NCBI GenBank assembly: GCA_050950765.1 | Contig: JBMNIF010000001.1 | Location: 96,001-160,000, forward strand | DNA: 64,000 nt | Origin: Bdellovibrionota bacterium | GTDB lineage: Bacteria > Bdellovibrionota_C > UBA2361 > JAAYZI01 | Direction of reading: 5' to 3' | In this document: positions 30,771 to 40,419 of the stretch, piece by piece | Numbering within the stretch: the stretch's first letter is position 1 | Layout of the letters: the number at the start of each line of letters is the position of its first letter | The notes under the pieces: generated by a model | What the model was told of the DNA's origin: nothing | The model's database searches: none | Seen by the model: the letters and a program-made list of their open reading frames with translations, nothing else | Position numbers and translations under genes: made by a program

Positions 30771-31245
30771 TAAGGAAGAAAACGCTCATCGAATCGCGTT
30801 TCCGTATTGTTGCTATCACTCAGTGTAAACATTCGTTTACACGAAAAAATAAGGAAGGAAACGCTCATCGAATCGCGTTTCCGTATTGTTGCTATCACTC
30901 AGTGTAAACATCCGCGAAGCTCCGTTTGCAAATAAGGATGAAAACGCTCATTGAATCGCGTTTTCGTATTGTTGCTATCACTCAGTGTAAACATTCGCGA
31001 AGCTCCGTTTACAAATAAGGAAGGAAACGCTCATTGAATCGCGTTTCCGTATTGTTGCTATCATTCAGTGCAAACATGCGTTTGCAAATAAGGATGAAAA
31101 CGCTCATTGAATCGCGTTTTCGTATTGTTGCTATCACTCAGTGCAAACATGCGCGAAGCTCCGTTTGCAAATAAGGAAGAAAACGCTCATCGAATCGCGT
31201 TTTCGTATTGTTGCTATCACTCAGTGTAAACATTCGTTTACACGA
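30771..31245. repeat. Six-unit structured tandem repeat array in the tRNA-Glu 3' trailer
   Basis: Units start at 30771, 30850, 30933, 31016, 31089, 31172; consensus TAAGGAWGRAAACGCTCATYGAATCGCGTTTYCGTATTGTTGCTATCACTCAGTGYAAACATBC[GCGAAGCTCC]GTTTRCA. Confidence 0.97.
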
Positions 31246-31246
31246 G

Positions 31247-31319
31247 TGACCCCAAGGGGACTCGAACCCCTGTTTCCGGCGTGAGAGGCCAGCGTCCTAG
31301 ACCACTAGACGATGGAGCC
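31247..31319 (-). tRNA. tRNA-Glu (anticodon CTC)
   Basis: Reverse complement ggctcca...tggggtc acceptor, anticodon arm ctggc-ctCTCac-gccgg, GGTTCGAGTCC; CCA not encoded. Confidence 0.95.
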
Positions 31320-31478
31320 ATATAGCATGAAGGGCGAATAGTACATATTTTATGCGCTTTAGGCAACCTCTGGGAGTCAGCTCAGTTATAAAAAATTGTA
31401 AAAATACCTAATGACCTAGAAATGATACGGGAAATAACTTGTTTTTTCTGATAACTTCGCTATAGTTTTGCACCGTGT

Positions 31479-31552
31479 TCGCCCATGGTGTAATGGTAGC
31501 ACGCCAGGTTCTGGCCCTGGAAACCGAGGTTCGAATCCTTGTGGGCGAGCCA
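31479..31552 (+). tRNA. tRNA-Gln (anticodon CTG)
   Basis: Acceptor tcgccca/tgggcga, anticodon arm ccagg-ttCTGgc-cctgg, GGTTCGAATCC, encoded CCA. Confidence 0.96.
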
Positions 31553-31602
31553 TAATTTATCATTATATATGCCTCATCTCCTCGCAGAGGCGGAGATTCC
31601 TA

Positions 31603-33414
31603 ATGAATTATTTTTTCAATATTCGTTTTGATACCGCACTTTTTGGATTATTTCGCTCTCGTATTATTTTACTTGTAATTGTTGCATTATTAACAAATGC
31701 CTGTTCCATCAAGACGAGCCGAAGTATTCCGCAAAAAGAATTAGCTTTAGGTAAAGAGAAAAAAAACGTTAAGGATCCTAAATTTGAAAAAAAATCTAAA
31801 GCTATGCACCACTACTTGGTAGGGCAGCTTTCTTTAAACAAACAAGATTATTCAGATGCTCTTACTAATCTAGCAAAAGCTAGTGACCTCGTGGGGGGAT
31901 CCTCCAGTACGCTACACCTGCAACTAGCACAACTCTATATGAAAGACGAACGGTTTCAAGAAGCCTTAGAGGAGCTGCAAAAGATATTAAAAACAGATCC
32001 TAAAAATGAACAGGTCTTACTCCTCACAGCAACTGTTTATCAATCCTTAGATCTGATAGAGGAAGCAGAAAAAACATATCAGAAAGTTATAAAAAATAAT
32101 CCAAACTCTTTGGAAGCACACGTGCTTTTATCAAGTTTATACACTAAACAGGGGGAAATTGACGAAGCGTTCTCTGTTTTAAGGGAACTTGCTGCAAATG
32201 ATACGCATAAAACTTTGGCACAGTATTACATTGCTCATATTTATGAGTTGCAAGGAGATTTTGAAAAAGCGGAAGAAGGGTATCTTGCCGTATATAACAG
32301 CGCAGAAAAAAATGATGCTGTTATTAATGATATCTTACGAGTTTATTTAGCTAATAATCAAACCGATCGGGCAGTTAGCTTTTGTGAGGAGATCGTAAAA
32401 AAAGAGCCTAAAAATATCGTAGTAAGACAGACTTTAAGCCAACTTTTTGTTGCTTTGAAACGGTATGATGAGGCGGTGTTACAACTTAGAGCGTTAAGTG
32501 AATTAGAAGAGAGTCCGAAGGAAAGCCTTTTTAAGATAGCTTTAATTCGTGCGCAGCAACAGAAGTTTGATGAAGCAGAAAATGAGTTTAGAAATATCTT
32601 AGATAAAGATCCGAGATATGCTGAAGCTAGGTATTATTTAGCTTCTACTTACGCATTTAACGGTAAAAATAGAGCTGCTATCGAAGAGCTTTTGCAGATA
32701 AATTATCCGAAAAAGATGGTGGCACGAGCACGCTCTTATGCAGCTTTCTTGTATAGACAAGAAGGAGATCTTACAAGAGCTGTTCTGGTTGCAAAAGAAG
32801 CCTTTGAAGCAAATCCTAAAGATAAGAAAACTATTTCAATGCTCTTGATGTTGCTTAGAGAGTGTGGAAGAGAGAGCGAGGCTATTGAAGTGATAGAAAA
32901 GTGCCTTGCTGATAATCCAGAAGATATTACATTGTGGTTTCAATATGGAGTAATCCTAAGTGAAAGCGGTAATAATGCAGCAGCTGTTGAAAAAATGTTC
33001 AAAGTGCTGGAGCTCGATCCCGATCACGCTAATGCCCTTAATTTTATCGCTTATACCTATGCTGAGAACGGAAAAAATCTCGATGAAGCTTTGCAAATGA
33101 TCCGTAAAGCTTTGGAGTTTAGCCCTGAAGATGGCTTTTTAATTGATACGCTAGGTTGGGTGTATTACAAACAGGGGCGTTTAAAAGATGCCGAAAAAGA
33201 GTTGGCGAAAGCAGTTAGTATTGTGGAGACAGATATTGTGATTTTAGAACATTACGGTGATGTTTTATCTGAATTGGGTAAAAGAGATGAGGCCACTGCT
33301 ATCTACAAAAAAGCCTTAGAGTACGCTTCTGCTGATGAAACTGTTAAAAGTCCGGAAGAAGAACAGGCGCTTAAACGTATTTCTGAAAAATTAAATAGAT
33401 CTGAAGTTAATTAG
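31603..33414 (+). CDS. Tetratricopeptide-repeat lipoprotein
   Basis: Many TPR helix pairs, ALNFIAYTYAE and DTLGWVYYKQG motifs, lipobox-like TNAC; start moved to 31603 because the ORF-track start overlaps tRNA-Gln. Confidence 0.88.
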   Translation: MNYFFNIRFDTALFGLFRSRIILLVIVALLTNACSIKTSRSIPQKELALGKEKKNVKDPKFEKKSKAMHHYLVGQLSLNKQDYSDALTNLAKASDLVGGSSSTLHLQLAQLYMKDERFQEALEELQKILKTDPKNEQVLLLTATVYQSLDLIEEAEKTYQKVIKNNPNSLEAHVLLSSLYTKQGEIDEAFSVLRELAANDTHKTLAQYYIAHIYELQGDFEKAEEGYLAVYNSAEKNDAVINDILRVYLANNQTDRAVSFCEEIVKKEPKNIVVRQTLSQLFVALKRYDEAVLQLRALSELEESPKESLFKIALIRAQQQKFDEAENEFRNILDKDPRYAEARYYLASTYAFNGKNRAAIEELLQINYPKKMVARARSYAAFLYRQEGDLTRAVLVAKEAFEANPKDKKTISMLLMLLRECGRESEAIEVIEKCLADNPEDITLWFQYGVILSESGNNAAAVEKMFKVLELDPDHANALNFIAYTYAENGKNLDEALQMIRKALEFSPEDGFLIDTLGWVYYKQGRLKDAEKELAKAVSIVETDIVILEHYGDVLSELGKRDEATAIYKKALEYASADETVKSPEEEQALKRISEKLNRSEVN

Positions 33415-33445
33415 ATTTAAAATAAAAATTTCTTTACGAGGAGTT

Positions 33446-34243
33446 ATGTCTAGGTATCTTACGTTACTGTTTTTAGTGATAGGTTTAACAGCTTGTGCGG
33501 TGCGCTATCCTGTCTTGCCAAAACAGACAGTGACAGAAAATGAATTGCAAAAAATTGTAGCTGCTGTTTCTAAAAAGAGCGCAGAGGTTTTTTCTTTAAA
33601 AGCCCTTTCAAAAACACGACTCTCTTATAAAAAAGATCGAATGGTGCTGAAACATGCCATCAGCGCTCTACGTCCAAAGATGTTAAGGGTAGACACCTTG
33701 CCGCAGATGGGTGCCTTTACATTGGGAATACTTGTTGCGACAGATGAAGGTGTAATATTTTTAGATCCGTCTGCAAAAGAGGTGTTAAGATCTCGAGATG
33801 AGGCGTTGCTGATTGAAAAAACCTTAGGAATTCCACTAACTGCTAATGAGATCTTTGCTTATGTAACAGCTAGAGTTCCGAATGACCTTTTAAAAGCAGG
33901 TTCTAACTCTGCTTCAATTAAAGGTTACCGCGATGATAACGGCGATTATATCTTGGTTTGGGAAAACTTTCGTTACTATTGGAAGATTGGCGCTAATGAT
34001 CTCTTGTTAAAAGAGTTTCAATCATATGATCGTTTTAACGGAAAGTTATCACTGGTAATTACTTACGACGGCGATCTTAAAAGTGAAGATATCCCCCTAA
34101 AACGCAACGTACATATCGCCTTTCCAAGAAAAGGGGTGACAGTGCAACTACTTTTTTCAACGTTAGTTGCTAACGGAGAGATCCCAACCTCACGCTTTGA
34201 AGTTATCATCCCTGATGATTACAAAGTACGAGAGGTCTCGTAA
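33446..34243 (+). CDS. LolB/DUF4292-like outer-membrane lipoprotein
   Basis: Lipobox LTAC, beta-rich LolA/LolB-like pattern, typical position after the TPR gene. Confidence 0.6.
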   Translation: MSRYLTLLFLVIGLTACAVRYPVLPKQTVTENELQKIVAAVSKKSAEVFSLKALSKTRLSYKKDRMVLKHAISALRPKMLRVDTLPQMGAFTLGILVATDEGVIFLDPSAKEVLRSRDEALLIEKTLGIPLTANEIFAYVTARVPNDLLKAGSNSASIKGYRDDNGDYILVWENFRYYWKIGANDLLLKEFQSYDRFNGKLSLVITYDGDLKSEDIPLKRNVHIAFPRKGVTVQLLFSTLVANGEIPTSRFEVIIPDDYKVREVS

Positions 34244-34346
34244 TGCCTTTAGTAAACACCGATCCGGGCAACTTAGATCAAAGCTTCCTCATAAAAAATA
34301 TAGGGAAGCCTTATCAGTTTTGATAGAAAAATAGTTTGTTCTATTT

Positions 34347-34529
34347 TTAACTATAAGAAGGCAACTTTTTGCCGTGCTCAGTAAGAATCTTTTCAATTGC
34401 TAGAGAGGCTAAGACATAGCCTTCTTCTTTGGTTTTTCCTGATTTGAGAGCGATTTGAGTAATCGCCTCGATTAATTCACCAACCGTAGTTTCTACTGCT
34501 TGATCGTTTTGAGTTACTTCAGAGTTCAT
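34347..34529 (-). CDS. Small hypothetical protein
   Basis: 60 aa, AAGGT RBS, helical protein-like sequence (TTVGELIEAIT). Confidence 0.6.
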   Translation of the reverse strand: MNSEVTQNDQAVETTVGELIEAITQIALKSGKTKEEGYVLASLAIEKILTEHGKKLPSYS

Positions 34530-34849
34530 AGTTTACCTTTTAAAACCACCATAACCTTAATTGGTTAATGAAAACACACATCTGTTAAACTAAGATGCAC
34601 AAACGTCAGAAGGTATTCAAAAAAATGAAGTTTAAAAATGAAAAAAAGTGGTAGTAGCACCACTCTGTTCCATAACCTTATTATATACTATATTTTAGAA
34701 GGCGGCGAAGTTTATTTATTAAAGATGAAACGAAAGTTCTAATCTAAAAATATCCACAATTTAGCTGAAATACTACATAATTAGGGGCAAAAATACTTTA
34801 TTTTGGTAAATGGAATAAAATCATTCAGCGGAATAACACACGGGTGACG

Positions 34850-35515
34850 TTATTTAATAGAGGCTTTCAGATAATAGATCGGCATCCCTTTTGAATGAAA
34901 CATCTTCTCAAATTCAGTCACCCCCCGTTTCGGGATGGGATTATCTTTATATAAGTCATGCACTAGCTCCGTAATTTGATAATGGGGATGTTGTGCAATA
35001 ATTTTAGCAGTTGATTCAAAATAGTTTAGGTGGTCTGTTTTATATGAAAAGAAACCTCGATCTCGGATTAAGGTAGCTAAAAGATCGATATATGCAGGTT
35101 GGAGGATTCTGAATTTTTTCCATTTCTCCAGCTCCCAAGGATCAGGGAAATTTATATAGACTCCGGCTAGAAATTTCTGCGGGAAAATTTGAGAGATAAA
35201 ATTAGCATCAGTGCGAACAGCTAAGATATTGTTAAGGGATAATCGCTCCGCTTTTTTAGCGATGTTAAAGGCACGTTTAAATCTTAATTCGAACCCGAGA
35301 AAGAGAGTGTCGGGGTTGTCTTGTGCAAGTTCAACTAAGTGCCCGCCTGAACCACAACAAACTTCACAGATGACATCTGAAAAATGGGTGCATTTTTCAC
35401 GGATAGCAGTGATCTGCTCCGTAGATAACTTATCACGCTCCCCGAAGACGATATAATCCGGCTTGGTTTGAATTAATGTTATATACGGATTTATCCATTT
35501 TTTTCTTTCCTGCAT
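34850..35515 (-). CDS. trmB: tRNA (guanine-N7)-methyltransferase
   Basis: EVCCGSG SAM motif, INFPDPW, KTD, TEFEKMF motifs. Confidence 0.93.
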   Translation of the reverse strand: MQERKKWINPYITLIQTKPDYIVFGERDKLSTEQITAIREKCTHFSDVICEVCCGSGGHLVELAQDNPDTLFLGFELRFKRAFNIAKKAERLSLNNILAVRTDANFISQIFPQKFLAGVYINFPDPWELEKWKKFRILQPAYIDLLATLIRDRGFFSYKTDHLNYFESTAKIIAQHPHYQITELVHDLYKDNPIPKRGVTEFEKMFHSKGMPIYYLKASIK

Positions 35516-35761
35516 GCGCCGTAAGATACGTGATATTTCAGATAGTGCAAATATGACAACCCCAATTTTAAGTACTTTAATTGCTCACGGGCAATAATTA
35601 AGGCACCTGCCTCGCCCGTTATTAAAGAAAAAAATAAATAAAAGTAAGATGTTATAAAGTAATATCATATACTGTTCTAAAATATATGACTTTCTCTTTA
35701 GTTTTCATTACAATGCTGCAACGTTTGATTATATTATACCCGCTTGGAGAGGGGAGAAGTT

Positions 35762-37963
35762 ATGGCAAATACAGCTGATGATATAAAATCCGGACAAGTA
35801 AGTTCCGAAAGTGTTCCGTCTAAGAAAAATCAAAAATCTGTAAAAAGAAAAAAAACAACTAAGCAGACAAAAGATGAAGCTCAAAAGACACCAAAGAAGA
35901 TGGAGTCTGAGCTAACACCGAAGGCTGCTTCCGGAGATACTCTCAGTATGAGTGCAAAGGCAGTGGAGGTTACGAGAGCGGCTATTGCGAATCAGGAGGC
36001 TGCAGAAACAGGGGCTCGAGCAAAAACAAAAGCTGAGATTATCCCTATCAACCCTGAAGTCGTTGTATCTGATGCGCCTTTAGCAAGTCAGCAAGAACGG
36101 ATTGAAGCTGTCGCTAAGATCTTGGATGAATCTGGAAAGATAAATGATGCTGAGTCACGAGCAGCTACGAAAACTTTTATCTTCGATGATGTAAATGATG
36201 TAACAAAAGAAGATGAGAGTTCAACCCTTGATGAAGCGCAAGATGTTTCCGCTGATGTAGTTAAGGTTGAAGAAAAGAGTAGCGTTGAAGCAAAGGATAA
36301 TGCAGAACAGGTTTTACAAGAACCTTCTTCAGTTTTAACTAAAGATGCAGATGTAAAACCTCCTTTTGAATTCGTAAGCAAATGTGAGAATTCTTGTGAG
36401 AATTCTGGAGCTGCTTTGGCAGCTGTAAGGGCGGCTGCTGTTAAATCTGCCGCTAAAAAAGAGGGACGGTGGTTCTCGCGCTTATTATCACTCGCTATAA
36501 TCGTTATCTTTTCAGTTGTAATAGTTAATTTCTTAAGGAGTGGTGTTTCAACGCCTTCAACTGATCTTAGTTTAGATCACGTTGATTCGTACGCTATTCA
36601 AGATGATCTTTTTGATAATGTTCCTGTAGAAGGGGCACAAAAAGAGGGAACAACCGTAAAAGTTGAAAATAAAGAGAGCGCTACAAAGAAGCCCATTGTT
36701 GTTGCGGAAGTTAAAGTTGAAAGTGATGTTAAGGCAAGAAACTCTGCTAGAGTAGCTGAAAAAATTGATGCTGCTGCTAAAGCTGTGACAGAAGCGGAGT
36801 CACAAGTGATGTTGGCACCTGCTTATTTAAAAGGCTCTGAGTTTGAAAATGTAGAACAGGCTAAAGCTGGGCTTATTGCTGGTTTTAAGCGTGGTAGGGT
36901 CGGGCTTAAAGAAAGAGAGAGTGTCTCATCTTTAATTGCTAATAAGAGTATGGCGGCAGGTATCTCTCCCACTTTAGTTGCTTCCGTTGTAATGGCGGAG
37001 AGCTATTTTGATCAAAAAGCTGTATCAAGAAGTGGGAAAAAAGGTTTGATGCAGATCTCTCCAGAGCGAGAAGCTTTGATTAAACAGCTACGTGGTGGTG
37101 ATGCTAAAGCAGGAGATCTTTTCGATCCAGAATACAATTTAGAGTTAGGTGTTTGGTATCTTAAATATTTATTGAATAAATATGATGGTAATTTACAAAA
37201 AGCTTTGTTGGCTTATTCATGGAATGAAGAGACGTTACAAAATGTTTTAGATGGAAGTGAGAAAGCCCCCAGATGGGCAGGGCTCTATTTTGCAAATGTT
37301 CAAAGGTACTATAACGCTATCACAGGCTCTAAGGGACCTCGCTTAGTGTTGTCGTTGCCGACAGCGGAAAGAAACCTTCCGAAAAAAGTTAGTAGCATTA
37401 AGGTAGCGGAGCAAAAAGTTGAAACCGAGCAAGAGGCTTGGGAAAAGGCGATTATGGCTGTTGGGCGGCACGTCTCGCCACAGACAAAAACAGAGATTAT
37501 CTCTTTAATTAAGGAGCAGAGTCTGATCTATGCTATGGATCCGGCTTTTATCTCCTCCATAATCATGGCAGAGAGTGCTTTTAATCCGTCAAGTAAATCA
37601 AAGACGGGTAAAAGAGGGTTGTTTCAGTTGGAGCCTGAGTGGGCGAAAATTGTTGCAGCTACTCTTGGGGTGACTTGGCAAGATGATGCTGCCTTGTTTG
37701 AGCCTGCTTATAATATTGAATTAGGGGTGGCGTACTTACAACACTTACAGCTGCTTTTTGATGATGACGAGGAAAAGGCTGCTATCGCTTTTAATCTTAC
37801 TCCGTATAGGGTTTCACGCATCCTTGCTGGTAAAAAGAGACTTCCAGCTTCTGCTGAACTTTATGTTAAAAACGTTAAGAAGTATTGTGAGCAGTTCGGT
37901 TGCACTAAAAAAGTAGCTACTGAATACATTGAACGTTTAAAGAGGGTGCAATTAAAGAAATAG
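35762..37963 (+). CDS. Membrane-anchored protein with two SLT lytic transglycosylase domains
   Basis: Two MAES...GL(M/F)Q...(D/E)PxYN(L/I)ELGVxYL domains after a single TM helix and a long charged N-terminus. Confidence 0.85.
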   Translation: MANTADDIKSGQVSSESVPSKKNQKSVKRKKTTKQTKDEAQKTPKKMESELTPKAASGDTLSMSAKAVEVTRAAIANQEAAETGARAKTKAEIIPINPEVVVSDAPLASQQERIEAVAKILDESGKINDAESRAATKTFIFDDVNDVTKEDESSTLDEAQDVSADVVKVEEKSSVEAKDNAEQVLQEPSSVLTKDADVKPPFEFVSKCENSCENSGAALAAVRAAAVKSAAKKEGRWFSRLLSLAIIVIFSVVIVNFLRSGVSTPSTDLSLDHVDSYAIQDDLFDNVPVEGAQKEGTTVKVENKESATKKPIVVAEVKVESDVKARNSARVAEKIDAAAKAVTEAESQVMLAPAYLKGSEFENVEQAKAGLIAGFKRGRVGLKERESVSSLIANKSMAAGISPTLVASVVMAESYFDQKAVSRSGKKGLMQISPEREALIKQLRGGDAKAGDLFDPEYNLELGVWYLKYLLNKYDGNLQKALLAYSWNEETLQNVLDGSEKAPRWAGLYFANVQRYYNAITGSKGPRLVLSLPTAERNLPKKVSSIKVAEQKVETEQEAWEKAIMAVGRHVSPQTKTEIISLIKEQSLIYAMDPAFISSIIMAESAFNPSSKSKTGKRGLFQLEPEWAKIVAATLGVTWQDDAALFEPAYNIELGVAYLQHLQLLFDDDEEKAAIAFNLTPYRVSRILAGKKRLPASAELYVKNVKKYCEQFGCTKKVATEYIERLKRVQLKK

Positions 37964-37994
37964 ACTACAAAAAGTAATTAAGTAGATAATAAAT

Positions 37995-38037
37995 AAAAAA
38001 GGGAGCGAGGTTGTTTTTTATACCTGCTCCCTTTTTT
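37995..38037. terminator. Bidirectional intrinsic terminator
   Basis: aaaaaagggagc...gctccctttttt between convergent genes. Confidence 0.8.
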
Positions 38038-38047
38038 AGTATGGAAC

Positions 38048-39631
38048 TTAGTCTATACGAGAGCCTGTGCCAGGAACCTTCCAACAATAAGTTCCGCCAT
38101 TATAATGATCCGCTGCGAAGATGTGTGCTCCGAACGGTAGCCGTTTGCTGTATAAACGGAAATGACTACGTCCGCCGTTTGCAACACCTGTATATTTCGT
38201 TTTTGCTATGAGCTTATAGCTTCTTGGACTTAGGACACGACCGTTAGAAAATCCAGCTCCAGGGGTTAAATATACAGTACCTGGATGAAAGTCTGAGTTC
38301 TTAGCAAGAAATCCCATGTTCCCATCTCGAGCATTCAATATCTCGGTACAAGGTGTTCTTGCCATACCTGTATTAGAACCGTACTGAACGATTGATGTGA
38401 CATACCCTATCTCATTGGCAACAAAGTAGTCGTCATCTTTTTCACTATTCTTACCGGGGGTTGTTTTTCCATCTCCTCCATTAGCACTACCACCACCACT
38501 ACCACCACCATTAGAGCCGTTATCACCGATAATCCTTTCGCACTCTTCGAAATTATCTTCCTCCTTCTCCAAGATATTAAGGATACGCATCATTTCCGGA
38601 TAGTTGCCAGCTGCTACAGCAGCATTTAACTTATCAACTAAAGCTAAAATCTTATTGCAGTATGCGGCATCAACCTTTTGACTGTAAGCTTGAGTGGCAT
38701 AGGGGCGTTTTAATCCGAGAGCTAAGTTTAGTGTGACGACCCTTGTGCTTTTTGTCTGCGGATTTATAAGTCTAATCGTCGCCGTATCCGTACTGTAATT
38801 AAGCGCTTCTCCTATGGCGAGATCTGATATTGTGTTTGATGAGAAAAAGCCAGTAAAAGCTTTTGATGTTGTCGTTTTAACAAAAGAGTTTCGCTGAACC
38901 TTTTCTCCAAAGAGTTGCAATCTCTTGGGGGTGGATTGAACGATAAATCCAACTCTCCCTTCACTTAAAAGGACGGGAAAGGTACGTTGAGCATGAGTGG
39001 CGATTCTTATTTTTTTCTTTCTTCTAGAACCGTTTTTATAAGTGATAAAGTTTCTCTTCCCTGAAAGCTTTTTGGTGCTTCCTTTTGCATCAAGAAAATT
39101 TTTATTTAACTCTTCAAGTTTCAACGATGCTACATTAGCTCCGTTTAAAGTTAAAAGCGGCACAGCATCACTTAAGGCTGGAAGCTTGACCCTTGTAGTA
39201 TTTGCAGCATTAATAGCGGGGTCTAAATAAATCCTCACAATATTTTTTTTGTATTGAACAGCGAGGTCGCTTATTCCGTTTTTATTGTAATCAAGAGAAA
39301 AGATACGTAGCGCATTTTTTCCTAAGTTTATTTCAGTTCTAGCTCTACCAGAATTATCCAGAATAAAAGCGGAGAGATTTTTTTTCTTTAAAATAAGTGC
39401 AACAACGGAGTGTTTGTTCGCTATCCAATTACCTGATAAAAATTGTGCGTTTTTATAAGCATTATCGATAGGAATATCTGAAAGGTGGGCTCCCGTGCCA
39501 CTATAAACACGGATAAACTTGCCTCCACTATTATTTGTGGCGGTGATGTAAAAGTTATCAAGAGCAAAAGCTGCTTGAGTTTGAAAGAAGAACATACTTA
39601 AAACTAGAAATAAAACGCTTAATCTCTTCAT
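38048..39631 (-). CDS. Secreted hypothetical protein
   Basis: Sec signal peptide (MKRLSVLF...AFA), one FG-GAP-like DYNKNGISDLA motif, Gly-rich linker, C-terminal domain. Confidence 0.75.
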   Translation of the reverse strand: MKRLSVLFLVLSMFFFQTQAAFALDNFYITATNNSGGKFIRVYSGTGAHLSDIPIDNAYKNAQFLSGNWIANKHSVVALILKKKNLSAFILDNSGRARTEINLGKNALRIFSLDYNKNGISDLAVQYKKNIVRIYLDPAINAANTTRVKLPALSDAVPLLTLNGANVASLKLEELNKNFLDAKGSTKKLSGKRNFITYKNGSRRKKKIRIATHAQRTFPVLLSEGRVGFIVQSTPKRLQLFGEKVQRNSFVKTTTSKAFTGFFSSNTISDLAIGEALNYSTDTATIRLINPQTKSTRVVTLNLALGLKRPYATQAYSQKVDAAYCNKILALVDKLNAAVAAGNYPEMMRILNILEKEEDNFEECERIIGDNGSNGGGSGGGSANGGDGKTTPGKNSEKDDDYFVANEIGYVTSIVQYGSNTGMARTPCTEILNARDGNMGFLAKNSDFHPGTVYLTPGAGFSNGRVLSPRSYKLIAKTKYTGVANGGRSHFRLYSKRLPFGAHIFAADHYNGGTYCWKVPGTGSRID

Positions 39632-39942
39632 ATTAACTCCGCAAAATAGTTTAAGAGGCACAACCATACACCTCTAATATCGTGCTAAAGGTGGGTTTTG
39701 ATCCTAGCTCTCTTTCTAAAAAATAATGGCTAACCCCCTTAAATTTATTCTGTTTTGCTAGGAAAAGGAGTGGATGGGGTTGGAAATTGTTACTAATGGA
39801 TTGTTTTTATTTATAAAAATAAATAGAGAAGCAGAAATATCAGTATTGATGATCTCTCTTCTGAAAGTCGGATTGTTTTTACTAATGATATCTTTCAATA
39901 TATTAAATATTTTAAGTAATGATTAAAAAGAGGGGTCGTAAT

Positions 39943-40386
39943 ATGAGATTTTTAAGTGGAACAAAATTATTGCTAACTCTTTTAATTCCAATAACTTTGA
40001 CTTCATGTTCGTGGTTTAGTAACCCCTATGTTAAAAGCGGTACGGTAGGTGGCGTGGTTGGTGCTGGCGTTGGCGCTGGAACAGGAGCTTTAGTCGGAAG
40101 CGCGATCTCCAGTGGTGATGTCGCTGCAAGCACCTTATTGGGTGGTGGCATAGGGTTGCCGGTGGGAATCCTCGCTGGTGTCTTGGTGCAATCCTATACG
40201 GAGAAAAGCGAAATCGAGAAAAATAGTGAAACCATCCAAGCAAACTATCAATATATCATGTCTCGTCAAAGAGAGATTGATGAAGAAAGAGAAAGGCTTA
40301 TAGAAGACTCCTTAACGATAACACCTGATAAGCATTTACGTGCTGAAATCTACACCGGTCCCACAATAGGCACTTATAATAGATAA
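39943..40386 (+). CDS. Glycine-zipper lipoprotein
   Basis: Lipobox LTSC, GGVVGAGVGAGTGALVG glycine zipper, coiled-coil tail. Confidence 0.8.
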   Translation: MRFLSGTKLLLTLLIPITLTSCSWFSNPYVKSGTVGGVVGAGVGAGTGALVGSAISSGDVAASTLLGGGIGLPVGILAGVLVQSYTEKSEIEKNSETIQANYQYIMSRQREIDEERERLIEDSLTITPDKHLRAEIYTGPTIGTYNR

Positions 40387-40419
40387 ATACCTATTGTGAA
40401 CTCAATCTGTTCTTAGGTG

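Noticed and set aside
30938..31174. 26-aa mini-ORFs spanning repeat units 3 and 5 (MKTLIESRFRIVAITQCKH.RSSV.K*)
   Set aside because: ATG is present in only 2 of 6 units, the TAAGGA overlaps the ATG with no spacing, the 10-nt indel breaks the frame in other units, and variation is better explained by stem compensation; ribosome profiling would settle it
30781..31242. Hammerhead-ribozyme-like words on the minus strand (hairpin-CUGAGUGA...GAAA-hairpin-UU)
   Set aside because: The core is CUGAGUGA rather than CUGANGA, no stem II can form, and about 10 extra nt separate the putative cleavage site from stem I; not supportable without a self-cleavage assay
30771..31245. CRISPR array interpretation of the tandem repeats
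   Set aside because: Units are near-identical over their whole length with no unique spacers, and there are no cas genes in the window
31468..31602. N-terminal 45 aa of the 648-aa TPR ORF
   Set aside because: It is a translation of tRNA-Gln and its trailer; the real start is at 31603 or later
34549..34680. CCATAACCTTA repeated twice upstream of the 60-aa gene
   Set aside because: An 11-bp match in AT-rich DNA; insufficient to call an operator
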